A stretch of DNA of 64,000 nt from Mobula birostris. Its lineage: Eukaryota. Each line of letters opens with the position of its first letter. Position 1 is the stretch's first letter. Below, one piece after another: positions 52,689 to 64,000 of this stretch. The position numbers were made by a program, and so were the translations under genes. A model generated the notes under the pieces. It was given only the letters and a program-made list of their open reading frames with translations. It had not been told where the DNA came from and searched no databases. The stretch lies in assembly GCF_030028105.1 (NCBI RefSeq), contig NC_092376.1, positions 116,682,230 through 116,746,229 on the forward strand, given 5' to 3'.

Positions 52689-54003
52689 TGTCATGGTCCG
52701 GTCCGTGAAGTCTGCATTCTGGTTCACGGTCCGGTCCGTGGACTCAGGACTCTGGGTCTTCCAGCTGTCCCTTGTTTGAGTTAGTCATAGGCACCTGATT
52801 CCTATCTTTGGGCTTGGAATATAAGTAGCTTTGGGGTTGAGTGTGAGCTGCTGATTTGTCTTATCAGTCCCCCTTGGAGCAACCTGCTGATAGAAGGCTA
52901 GTGAAACCATTTGTGATCTCTAGGCCTGGTTGGAGGACCACTACTTCATGGAGCTTTGTTGCCACTTGTTGGAGTAGTCTTTGTGGTATTGATTTGGCTG
53001 TTTCCTGGGCCAGCTGAGTGGCTGCCAGCCACTCTGAGCTAGGTAGGGATCCGGCTGTTTCTGTAGCCAGCTGAGGTTGCTGGCTGAACTGAGACTTGGA
53101 GCTACCCTGGAGCAGAGGTGAAACTGTCTGTTGTTCTTTGGTGTTTGTCTCTTGTCCTTGCCTCTGTGGAGTAAGTCAGGCTGTTTTACTGTTGCCCTGT
53201 GGGGGGATCTGTCTTGTCCTTGCCTCTGTTGGGTAAGTTCTGCTGTTACCTGATGAAGAGACATCTTCCACCTTGGTGTGGAGATGAAGTTGAGTCCTGG
53301 CTTGTCTTAGGATAAGTCCTGGCTCTATGTTTATGTTCTGTCCTGTCTCAATGTTAGTGTTGTGTTAAAGATGAGTCCTGGCTTGTCGAAGGATAAGTCC
53401 TGGTGCCATGTTGATGTTCGGTTCCCAGTCTGTCTCTGAGCTTCAAGAACCCCAGCCCTCGACGATCCCGCAGCCAAGCTTCAAGAACCCCAGGCCTCGA
53501 CGATCTCGCAGCCAAGCTCCAAGAACCCCAGGCCTCGACGATCCCGCAGCCAAGCTCCAAGAACCCTAGGCCTCGACAATCCCGCAGCCAAGCTCCAAGA
53601 ACCCTAGACCTCGACGATCCCGCAGCCAAGCTCCAAGAACCCCAGGCCTCGACGATCCCGCAGCCAAGCTCCAAGAACCCCAGGCCTTGACAACCCCACA
53701 GCCTGTCTCCAAGCTCAGGCCTCTAGACCCCAGCCACGTCCTGTCCCGAAGCCATGTCATGTCCTTGCCAAGTTCAAGGCCCAGGTTCTGGGTCTTTGTC
53801 CAGTCTCGGGTTCAGAGTCCAAGCCTTGGAACCATGGACTAGGAAACTAGACCTGGTCCCGCTTTCCCTAGCCCAAGACTGTGTCCTTGTCCCTGCTCCT
53901 TGCCTGAATCCTGTCACGTCCCTACTCTAGTCAAGTCCTGTTTTTTGAACTTCAGTGTCTGTGTCTTGCACTTAGGTCCGTTCCCAGCCAGCCCCTTGTG
54001 ACA
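52689..54003 (+). mobile_element. Solo LTR of the mini-LTR family inserted in Gypsy pol
   Basis: TGTCATGGTCCGGTCCGTGAAG ... TTGTGACA; perfect TSD ATACT (52684-52688 and 54004-54008). Confidence 0.93.
53439..53704. repeat. 38-bp tandem repeat, ~7 units, inside the solo LTR
   Basis: Unit AGCTCCAAGAACCCCAGGCCTCGACGATCCCGCAGCCA starting at 53439, 53477, 53515, 53553, 53591, 53629 and 53667. Confidence 0.95.
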
Positions 54004-55082
54004 ATACTAGACTAAGGCCTCTTGGTCGATCAGTGCATAGTTGTGTTCTGTGCTCATCAGTGACCTTGAAGCAAATGCAATTGAACATTCAGCTCCATCT
54101 TTCATGATGTGTGACAAAACGGCTCTAATGGTATAAGGGGATGCATTGCATGCCAGTTTGATGGTCAGAGATTGGTCATAATGGGTGAGAAGTTCATCTG
54201 ATGTTATTAGTCTCTTTGTTTCCTTGAATGCACTTGCACATTTTTCTGACCATTCCCATTTTGCTGCTGTCTGCAACAGTGCATTCAAATGGGTGCAGCA
54301 CTGCAGCAATGTTTGGGTGAAACTGGTGGTTGTAGTTTACAAGGCCCAGGTATGACCTGAGTGGTAACGCATTTTCTAGTTTGGCTGCTTTAATTTTTTT
54401 TTGTGACTCATCTAAGCCATGCAATGACATGTCCACAAAATGAGATTTTATTCTTTAAAACCTCACATTTTTCTCTGCCTTTGCATGCAGACCATACTCA
54501 CTCTGCCTGGTAAGCACTTTACCAAGGTTCTGGAGGTGCTCTTCATCATTTTTGCCGGTCTTGATGACATCGTGGTAACATTGTGTTCCTGGGATAACTT
54601 GGAGCACTTGGTCCATTGCTGTTTTCCCCTCCCCCATCCCCTGGTCCATCCTGTGTATCGAGAAGCCCTTGGTTCTGATTGCTGAATCAGTATGTGCGGA
54701 GCAAGCCACGTCTCCGTGAAACACAGAACACAGCGATAAGGGGTGAATTGTCAGGGTCAGTGGAGTTGGAGGACAAATTAGCACTGAAATGGCATCACAA
54801 GGCATTCAATTGTGTCAAAACTGCTACGGAAAGGCAGGGACTGAAGAAGGCCGATTGCCACCTACTGCCTGAGGACAAATTTGTGGGGCGGGGTGGCGGG
54901 GTGGAGGTGTAAACAGCCAACATCCTAGTGAATACATAGAAATTTTCTGTAGTATTCCTCAGATGCTGCCCAGCTGGTAACTCAATCACTTAGTGTCAGG
55001 ACAGGATTTCAAACTGTGGATGCTCCCTCTCCTAACACCCAGTCAGTGCTATCTGTAACTTTCTTTCTCTGGATTGTCACAG

Positions 55083-55418
55083 GTCGAGTCACCCCTGGCA
55101 CTGGATCAGTAGTGCAAGGAGTTACGGAATAGTCGATCACACTACTGTGCCACTACTCTGTCAGCATCTAAATTAAAAGTGAAATGTGCTGGGGTCGGGG
55201 ACAATGTCCTGCTATGGGCTGTAGAGGTTAACTGGTTAGAACAAATGACGATACAGTAACTTCTGTAACATCCCAGAGATATCGTCTTGCTGGTAGAATT
55301 GTGTCGCTCACTATAAATCATCTACAAAGAGAATATAATGACTTGCATTGCTGTGGTGTGGAGATTCCTGGACTGCTTAATGATCTGAAAATGAACTTGA
55401 ACCTCCTGGTTTTGGACA
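55083..55418 (+). pseudogene. TIM IgV pseudogene exon
   Basis: Acceptor acag|GT CGA GTC; three in-frame stops (TAG, TAA, TAA); 12-nt deletion relative to the intact copies; donor changed to GCAAGC; ends HCCGVEIPGLLNDLKMNLNLLVLD. Upstream 54740-55082 resembles intron 1 of the intact copies; no leader exon seen. Confidence 0.92.
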
Positions 55419-55959
55419 GCAAGCAGCTCAATATTCCATCTTTCTGTCTCATCAATGGTGAAACAGCAGTGTACAGTTCCACAGCTCTGTGACACAGGTT
55501 CAGTCCTGAGCTCTGAAGGTCACCCTCAATTTCACCGTGTGCTCGGGTTTCCTCTGTAAACATGGGAAACACTCGCTTGGAGAGATTACACTGCTTTGAT
55601 CGAATGAACAGTGCTCTTCTGCCCCCTTGTTGTTGTTGTTTTGTATGACAGGTCTTTTTCTCTTCACACTTCTAATTGGTTTTTGTCAAACCGCTCCTCC
55701 AGTTTGTAGACACAAAGCCATCTTGGATCTTGGTGAGAGGGCATGTTTGGACCAGGTTGGGGCACCATAGGAGCAAGTTGGAGTTTGTCGGGTGCCCCAT
55801 CAGAGTAGTGTTTGCACTGTTTTGGCATGTCGACTTCGGAGTCTATTTGTGGCTGTCCAGTTTTTTTTCTGGTAGCTATAGTAAAGCCTGGGAGGAGTAA
55901 GTTTTAAGACAGATATAGATAAGGATAAGCATGGGCTTTGGAGAGTATTAAACTAGATC

Positions 55960-57660
55960 AGGCAACAGTGGAGACAGCAGGGCTTCACTTGCAGATGAGC
56001 TCGATGCCTTCTATGCTTGCTTTAACTGTCAGAACATGGAGAAACCATCACAAACCCCACATCCCCTGATATCCCTACGACCTCAGTATCTGAAGCTGAC
56101 ATGTAGGCTGCCTTCAGGAAAATAAATCCCCATTTGTCACATTATTGGCTAGAAGGGCTGTTTTATTAAAATGGAAAGATGCCTCTGCTCCCACTTTGAT
56201 ACAATGGTTCTCTCAGGTGATGTTATGTCTTAGTTTGGAAAAATTTAGAAGTCGAACTTTTGATCCTAAATTTGACTTTGAGAAAAGGTGGGGCTCTTTT
56301 GCCCGTTATTACCATTTGACCTGAGTTAATTCAGATGGTCCTTTTCTGATGCTTGGTTATATGAATTTGGTTGGCAGTTTGGTGTCTTTTTTTATAGAAG
56401 CTTGTATGGTGCATAGCTCCGGGTTTGTGCTCCAAATGGGTTTTTTTCCCTTTTTTTTAGTTATTAGGGGTTTTTCTCTGTTTTAGTTAGTAGGGGTTCT
56501 TTTTTCTTCTTTCCTTTTTTCCATTAAAAAAAGCTTTAATACTTTGTTTTTTTTTGATTATGATTGATATACTGTTTAACCTGGTTGATAGTTTAACTTT
56601 TACTCTACATATGAATATGTTATCTTGATTATTTTGATGTATTTTTCTCTGTTGATTTTCAATAATAATTAATAAAAAGATTTAAAAAGGAAGATGAATC
56701 CCTGGAAACCACCCGGACCAGACCATGTATTAAAGACCTGTGCAAACCAGTACCACCTTGTACAATTGGATTCTTGATTTCCTTACTTGTAGACCCCAGT
56801 CATTTTGGTTTGACAACACCTCCTCCATGATCTCTTTCAACTCAAGTGCACCACAGGGCCATGTGCTTAGCCCCCTGCTGTATGTGCTTTACACTTGTGA
56901 CTGTGTGGCTAAGCACAGCTCCAATGCTCCAATGCATATTCAAGTTTGCTGATGACACCACTGTTGTGCGCCAAATCAAAGGTGGTGATGAGTCAGTACA
57001 TAGGAAGGAGATTAAAATTTTGGCTGAGTGATGTCATAATAGCAACCTCTCACTCAATGGCAGCAAGACCAAGGAATTGATTGTAGACTTAGGAGAGGGA
57101 AAAAAATGTCCATGAGCCAGTCATCTTCAGAGGATCAGTGGTGGAGAGAGTTAACAGCGTTAAATTCCTGGGTGTTACTATTTCGGAGAACCGGTCCTGG
57201 ACCCAGCATGTAAGTGCAATTGCAAAGAAAGCATGGAAGTACCTCTACTTCCTAAGGACTCTGTGGAGATCCAGCAGGACATCTGAAACTGACAAACTTC
57301 TATAGATGGGTAGTGGAGAGTTTATTGACTGGCTGCATCTTGGCCTGATACAGAAACATCAATGCCCTTGAACAGAAAATCCTACAAAAGGTAATGGATT
57401 CAGTACAGTACATCATGGGTAAAACCCTCCCAAACATTGAGCACATCTACATGAATCATTGTTGCAGGAAAGCAGAACCCATCATCAGAAATCCCTATCA
57501 CCCACGTCATGCTGCTGCCATAAGGTAGAAGAGCCTCAGGCCTCACACCACCAGCTTCAAGAACAGTTCCTACGTCTGAACTATCAGCTCTTGAATAAAA
57601 GAGGATAACTACACACACTTGCTCCATCATTGAGATGTTCTCACAACCAATGATCTCACT
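55960..57660 (+). mobile_element. Rex1/Babar-type LINE RT remnant
   Basis: NWILDFLTCRPQ, APQGHVLSPLLY and FADDTTVV motifs; split by an L1 3' fragment. Confidence 0.8.
56131..56688 (+). mobile_element. L1 3' fragment with A-rich tail
   Basis: FVTLLARRAVLLKWKDASAPTLIQW resembles the L1 ORF2 C-terminus at 58508-59020; TSD GGAAAATAAATCCC / GGAAGATGAATCCC. Confidence 0.85.
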
Positions 57661-58190
57661 ATAGGTAAGGATAATCATGAACCTTGAAGGGGGGATTTAA
57701 ACTGGAGCTGGGCAAATTACGAGTGCATTAGGCAGGAACTATGGAGAGTTAATTGGGAACAACTGTATTTAGCCAAGTCCACACCTGATATGTGATGGGT
57801 GTTTAAAGTCCAATTCCATGAAGTATAGGGCAGGTATGTTCCAGTCAGAAGAAAGAACCAGGATGGCAAGGCAAGAGAACTTTACATGATGAGTGAGGTG
57901 ATGAATTTGGTCAAGAAGAAAAAGGAAAAGTATGTAAAGCTGAGGAAGTTAGAATCAAACAGAGCCCTTGAGGATTATAAAGAAGACAGAAAAGAACTCA
58001 AGAAGAGAATTAGGAAAACCAGGAGGGGCCATGAAAAGTCCTTGGAAAGTAGAATTAAAGAGAATTCCAAGGCATTCTATACATACATCAAGAGGAAGAG
58101 GATAACTAGGGAGAGGGTAGGACCACTCAAAAATAAAGGGGGGGGAACAAACATTTGTTTGGAAGTGGAGGATGTTGGTGAGGTCCGCTT
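57660..58190 (+). mobile_element. CR1 ORF2 middle fragment
   Basis: ARRGHEKSLESRIKENSKAFYTYIKRKRITRERVGPL. Confidence 0.85.
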
Positions 58191-58194
58191 TCAA

Positions 58195-61100
58195 TATTTT
58201 TATTAATATTAATATTATATAAATTACATGAATACAGATACAAAATTCATAAGCATACAAGTAATACGAATTACATTACATTTAAATCACAGTAATATGA
58301 TCACAGTATCCCATATTCCAAATCAATCATGTAGAAAAAAAGATTGAATTATGAAATGAAATAAAATAAAATAATTTTATTTTAATATAAAAAAATCTAC
58401 CCCCACTACCAAAATGAGCTGGTTGGTGGAAAAAAAAAGAGAAGAAAAAAAAAGTTACCATATAATATTATTATAGCAATGGCTCAGATCCATACTTTAA
58501 TAACAGTTCAAATATTATGAAAATGACTCAGAAAGGGTCCCCATAACATCAGAAAATCATGTTTAGAATCAGAAATCGAACAATGAATCTTCTCTAGATC
58601 TAGGCATAACATTACATCAGATAGCCATTGAACATGAGTGGGCAGGGCTGCCTCCTTCCACTTGAGCAAGCTCCCCCTCCTGGCAATAAGAGACATAAAG
58701 GCCAATACCCCCAAATTAGATGGCTTCAGTATTGTAGCACTATCCTCAACAATACCAAACATGGCAGTCAAGGGATTGGGCTTAAAACTAACATTGAAAA
58801 GTACAGAAAAAGTTTGAAATACATCTTTCCAAAATTTTTCAAGGCTCGGATATGTCCAAAACGTATGAATTAGTGTGGCCATTCCATTAGTACATCTATC
58901 ACAGTAAGGGGAAATATCTGCGTAGAAATGAGAGAGCTTGTCTTTAGACATATGAACTCTATGTACCACATTGAATTGTAATAAAGAATGACGAGCACAT
59001 AATGATGAAGAATTGATCAATTTTAAAATAATCTTCTAGCTCTCTTCAGATATGAAAATCTGTAAATCCTTTTCCCAGTCTCCTTTAATTTTATCTAAAG
59101 AAGCCTTTTTCAGTCCTAACAGCAGACCGTAAATGTAAGATATTGAACCATTGTCAAAGGGTTTCAGATTAAAAATTGTATCGATTGTATTCTTATTTGG
59201 ACTTGTAGGAAATGTAAGTAATTGAGATTTTAAAAAAATCCCTAATCTGTAAGTAACGAAAAAAGTGGGTATTGGAAAGGTTAAATTTCGTTGAAAGTTG
59301 CATAACAGAAGAGAGTTTCCCTCCATCAAACAAATCCTGAAATTGTTTAATACCCAATCTATCCCATTCTTTAAAAGATAAGTCAATTGTAGATGGTTTA
59401 AAAAAAACAATTAGAAAAAATGCCACTCGAAAGGGAGAATCTCAATAAATCAAAATGTTTTCTAAACTGTAACTAAATCCTCAAAGTATGTTTGACTACC
59501 ACATTGTCAGTTAGTTTATTTAAAGATAAAGGAAGCGAGGATCCAAGTAAAGAAATAATGGAAAATTTCATAACAGAGTTAACTTCCAAAGATACCCATA
59601 TAGGACAATTCTCATGGTTAATGTAATATATCCAGAACGTAATATTTCATATTTTAACTGCCCAATAATATAACCTAAAATTGGGTAAGGCAAAGCCTCC
59701 ATTCTGTTTGGTGTTTTGAAGGTGAGCTTTATTTATTCCAGGTTTTTTATTTTTCCATATATAGGAAGAAAGAATTGAATCTAAAGAGTCAAAAAAAGAT
59801 TTGGGAATAAAAACAGGCACAGCTTGAAAATGGTATATAAATTTAGGTAAAATATTTAATTTAATAGAATTAATTCAGCCAATCAGTGATAAAGAGAGCG
59901 GCGACCCATTAGAATGTTTTTTTTAACATAATTCATTAAAGCTAAAAAATTTTCCTTAAATAAATCTTTATAATTCTTAGTAATTATTACTCCTAAATAC
60001 GTAGATTGTTTTCTTAAAATTTTAAAAGGAAGGTTAATATCAGTTGGTATTAAATTGTTTAAAGGAAACAATTCACTTGTATGTAAATTTAATTTATATC
60101 CTGAGAACTGACTAAAATTAGTCAGTAAATGGAACACAGATGGTAAAGAGGATGTAACATTAGATACAAAAAGCAATAAGTCATCAGCATAAAGTGACAC
60201 TTTATGAATAGTACCTCTCCTTAAAATACCAGTAATCTCCTTAGGCTCTCGAAAAGCAATTGCTAAGGGTTCTAATACCAAATCAAAAAGCAGAGGGCTC
60301 AAAGGACAACCTTGTCTAGTCCCACGTTGAAGTTTAAAGAGTTTAGAATTCTGAAGATTGGTAAGAACCCGACCGGAGGGAAATAAGTAAAGTAATTTAA
60401 TCCAATGAGTAAAATTAGGTCCAAAATCAATTTTTTCTAAAGATGCAAAAAGATAATTCCATTCAACTCTGTCAAAGGCCTTCTCCACATCCAAAGATAT
60501 CACACATTCCGATATTTCCTTAGATGGAGAATGGATAACATTTAACAAATGCCGTATATTAAAATAGGAATATCGATTTTTAATAAATCCTCTCTGAACA
60601 TCCGAAACTATAGAGATATAATATTTTCAAGTCTGCGAGCCAACACTTTAGGTAAAATTTTAGTATCAAAATTGAGAAAAGAGATAGGTCTATAAGAAGA
60701 ACATTCAGTAGGATTCTTATTCTTTTTTAGAATAAGCACAATGGGAGCTTTATAAAAAGACTGTGGTAACCTTCCTACTTTAAAGGAATCTGTAAGGGTA
60801 GAACATCAGGGTGCTATAAGCAAGGAGGAAAAAGCCTTATAAAACTCTCCAGAGAATCCATCGGGTCCTGGGGATTTCCCAGAATGCAATTCTCAAATAG
60901 CCTGAGCAATTTCCTCCTGGGAAATAGGTTGATCCAATTGCCTACGAACTTCTGTCGAAAGATTAGGAATATTTAATTGATCTAAAAATTAATAATTGCA
61001 ATATTATCATTAACAGAGTCAGAACTATACAATTTGGAATAAAGTTCCCTCAAAGTGTCATTAATTTCAAAGTAGTTGTCATGACCCCATTAATCTTACG

Positions 61101-62045
61101 TATTTCTTTAATTTGCCACTTGGCTATAAATGGCTTCAATTGATTAGTCAGTAGCTTACCAGTTCTATCTCCGTGAATATAAAATTGACTTCTATCTTTT
61201 AACAGCTGGCTTTCAATTGGCTATATTAAAAGAAGATCATATTTAGTTTTGGTTTCAATACGTCTCTTATATGTTTCAGAATCTGGTACCAAAGCATTTT
61301 TATGGTCCAGTTGTTTTACCTGATTGGCTAGTTTGTTTCTCTCTTTATTAACTTTTTTAATGATGTATAAGAAATAATTTGACCCCAGACATATGCTTTA
61401 AAAGTATCCCATATAATAAGACTAGATGTCTCTTCCAACGTATATTCTTCAAAAAAAAAGAGTAATTTGATTCTCCATAAATTTTAAAAAGTTCTCATCA
61501 GATAACAGCGTTAAATTAAATTGCCAAAATGTACTCATAGGGATAGGACCAGGAAGATTTAAAGATAAAAGTACAGGAGAGTGGTCAGAAATAGCAATCT
61601 CTTTATATTCAATTGATCGAACCAATGGAATTATTTGACTGTCAATAAAAAAAAAACAATCCTGGAGTAAGAATGATGGACTTGAGAGAAAAAAGAATAC
61701 TTCCTGTCCGTCGGATGAAGAAAACGCCAAGCATCAACTATACCACATTTAGTTAGAAAGGATTGGATAAACAAAGCTGATTTATTAAGTGTGGCTGGTG
61801 TAACAGACGAGCAATCTAATACTAGATCTAACCAGCAGTTAAAATCTCCTCCCATCACAAGAGAGTAAGTACACAAATCTGGCAAAAACGAAAATAGATG
61901 TTCAAAAAATCCTGGATTGTCTATGTTGGGGGCATATACATTAGCAAAAACGATCAATTTACTGTCTATTATAACAAATCGACCATTAGGATCCGAAACA
62001 GCTTTATGCTGAACAAAGGAAACTGTATTATCTACAAAAATCAAG
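58195..62045 (-). mobile_element. Degraded L1-clade LINE (ORF2)
   Basis: Endonuclease (NVYAPN, MGGDFN, DHSPV), RT (LDVEKAFDRVEW, GTRQGCPLSPLLF, LYADD) and C-terminal CDRC...HTFW. Confidence 0.93.
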
Positions 62046-62179
62046 GTGCCCCAGACGCTTCCCCGGAGCAACCACCGTAAAGCCCCATTGGTGGCCATCC
62101 ACAGTGGCCAGAAGTGAGGCCTCCGTCGCTGACCTCGGAAATTGAGCCCGAGGCTCGGCTGGAGCGGAGGCCTCCACAA

Positions 62180-64000
62180 CCGTGACTCGGCTTAAGGACT
62201 TGGTTCAGCAAGGAGCCCAGCCATCCGAGATTAAGTGTTGGCTTTGGGGCCCGATCCAATTGACAGCCCGGGCCCCCGGCAGCTGGAAGTGGCAGCGGAG
62301 CCTCCCCCGTTACTCGACCCGACCCGGACCGCACGACGACGCGACCTGCCGATCGATTCCCGCGGGACGTGTCCACCAACCTCAAAGAGCTGACAACAAC
62401 ACACTGCATCGATGGAGACCTGGAAAGATGCACTACTTATTGAGGAAGTGTGGGAAAAGAGCTGGGCTGCTGGTCAGATTGAAGATGAGGGGCTTCAGGG
62501 TTCCTATGCCCACCATCCTATTAGCTAATGTGCAAGCCATAGAGAACAAGGTGGATGATCTTAAAGGGAGACTCACCTACTGCAGGGAGATGCAGAACTG
62601 CTGTGTATTCTGTTTCACCGAGACCTGGCTCTCCCCTGCCGCCCCCGACTGTGCCATATGACCGGAGGGATTTTCGATCCATCGGATGGACCGCACGGTG
62701 TCTTCGGGCAAGACGAGGGGAGGTGGTGTCTGCCTACTGATCAACACTGGGTGGTGCTCGGACACAGTGGCACTGACAAGTTCCTGCAGCCCGGACCTGG
62801 AACACCTGTCGGTGAAGTGTCATCACTACTATCTGCCACGAGAATTCACCTCGGTCATACTGACAGAGGTCTACATTCCCCCCCAGGTGAACGTGGAGTG
62901 TGCTCTGAACATACTGTATGCCAACATCAGTGAACTTGAGACCAGGTATCCGGAGGCTTTGCTCATTACAGCCAGGGACTTTAACCAGGCCAACCTCAGA
63001 AAGGTGCTGCCAAAGTTATACCAACATGTCTCCTGCCCCACTAGAGGCCCGAGTATACTTGACCACTGCTACACTGCAGTCAAGGATGCCTACTGTTCCA
63101 TCCCACGATCTCATTTCGGAAAATCGGACCATCAGGCCGTACTCCTCCTCCCGGCTTTCAAACAGAAACTGAAGTGGGAGGTCACGGTGTCAAAAGTAGT
63201 GTCGCGTTGGACGGAGGAAACAGATGAGGTCCTCTGTGACTGCTTTGAATCGGTGGACTGGTTAGTATTCAAGGACTCGGCAGCTAACCTCGATGAGTAT
63301 GCCTCAGCTGTCACGGACTTTATTTGGAAATGCACGGAGGACTGTGTGTCTAGCAAGACGATCCGGGTATTCCCTAATTGGAAACCTTGGATGAATTATG
63401 AGGTCAAGTCCCTTTTAAAGGCTATTGTTGTGGCTTTTAGGTCGGGAGATACCAGTCGCTACACGGAATCCAGGCGTGAACTCCGGAAAGCCATTAAGGG
63501 TGCCAAGAGGCAATATCGAGCCAAGTTGGAAGCCTAGGCTAACCAAAGGGATGCCAGTAGACTATGGCAGGGTCTAAATGAGATCACTGGGCGCAAAGAA
63601 AAGGCTGGGAATATCGATAACTGTGGTGCTTCTCTTCCTGACGAACTTAACGTATTCTACGCAAGATTCGAACAGAAGAGGAGCGTCCCGCTCCCTCCAG
63701 ATGAACTGGACCTGATGGCATTGAGATTCATCGTCACCGAGGAGGATGTTAGAGGGCCTTCCTGAAGATAAGTCCAAGGAAGGCGACGGGCCCAGTTGGC
63801 ATCCCAGGACGGGTTCTCCGGGCCTGTGCAAGCGAGTTAGCTGGAGTGTTTGCTGACATCTTCAAATGCTCCTTGTTTCAGTCTAAGATCCCCGCGTGTT
63901 TTAAGAAGGCAACGATAATCCCAGTGCCGAAGAAGAGCAAGGTGGCATGCCTGAATGACTATCGACCTGTGGCTCTAACATCAATTGCTATGAAGTGCTT
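62180..64000 (+). mobile_element. Rex1/Babar-type LINE, 5' part, continues past the window
   Basis: LLANVQAIENK, FTETWL, RGGGVCLLIN, YYLPREFT..VYIPP, GDFN-like RDFN and SDH motifs; start of the RT region. Confidence 0.9.

Larger units (their letters stand above)
50790..54640 (-). mobile_element. Gypsy element (K02A2.6/Mag-like) pol remnant with partial 3' LTR
   Basis: RT-like GTQCYHDV..GKNDEEHLQNL; RNase H LACNASPY; integrase PWHRLHIDFAGPF and YHPATN; PPT AAAGGGGGAGGAAG before TGTAATG at 50988. Confidence 0.9.

Noticed and set aside
53439-53704. CRISPR-like array
   Set aside because: Units are head-to-tail with no unique spacers, lie inside a vertebrate LTR, and there are no cas genes.
55703-55732. 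30-nt exon candidate downstream of the pseudogene IgV (ctccag|...|GTGAGA)
   Set aside because: Not mucin-like in the required phase, and no counterpart found downstream of the intact copies.

Overview
Very repeat-dense vertebrate DNA. The mix of CR1, L1, Rex1 and Gypsy elements plus HE1-like SINEs suggests a cartilaginous fish, probably a ray (inference). The only host gene content is a tandem cluster of TIM-family (HAVCR/TIMD-like) immunoglobulin genes. Two minus-strand copies have an intact signal-peptide exon and an intact 348-nt IgV exon (5712-5661 + 5178-4831, and 24072-24021 + 23289-22942) and sit in an ~18 kb segmental duplication. There is also an inverted 96-nt IgV fragment at a rearrangement junction (31675-31770) and an inverted IgV pseudogene (55083-55418). 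I found no mucin, transmembrane or cytoplasmic exons. The two intact IgV exons are nearly identical except for a hypervariable CC' loop patch. The rest is retroelements: several CR1 LINEs, L1 and Rex1-type LINEs, internally deleted Gypsy elements, a family of LTR-heavy mini-retrotransposons (two complete copies and two solo LTRs), a pol-less class III-like endogenous retrovirus with a gamma-type env remnant, and short repeats carrying hammerhead-ribozyme-like motifs. All coordinates and counts were read by eye; element boundaries without a stated TSD are approximate.
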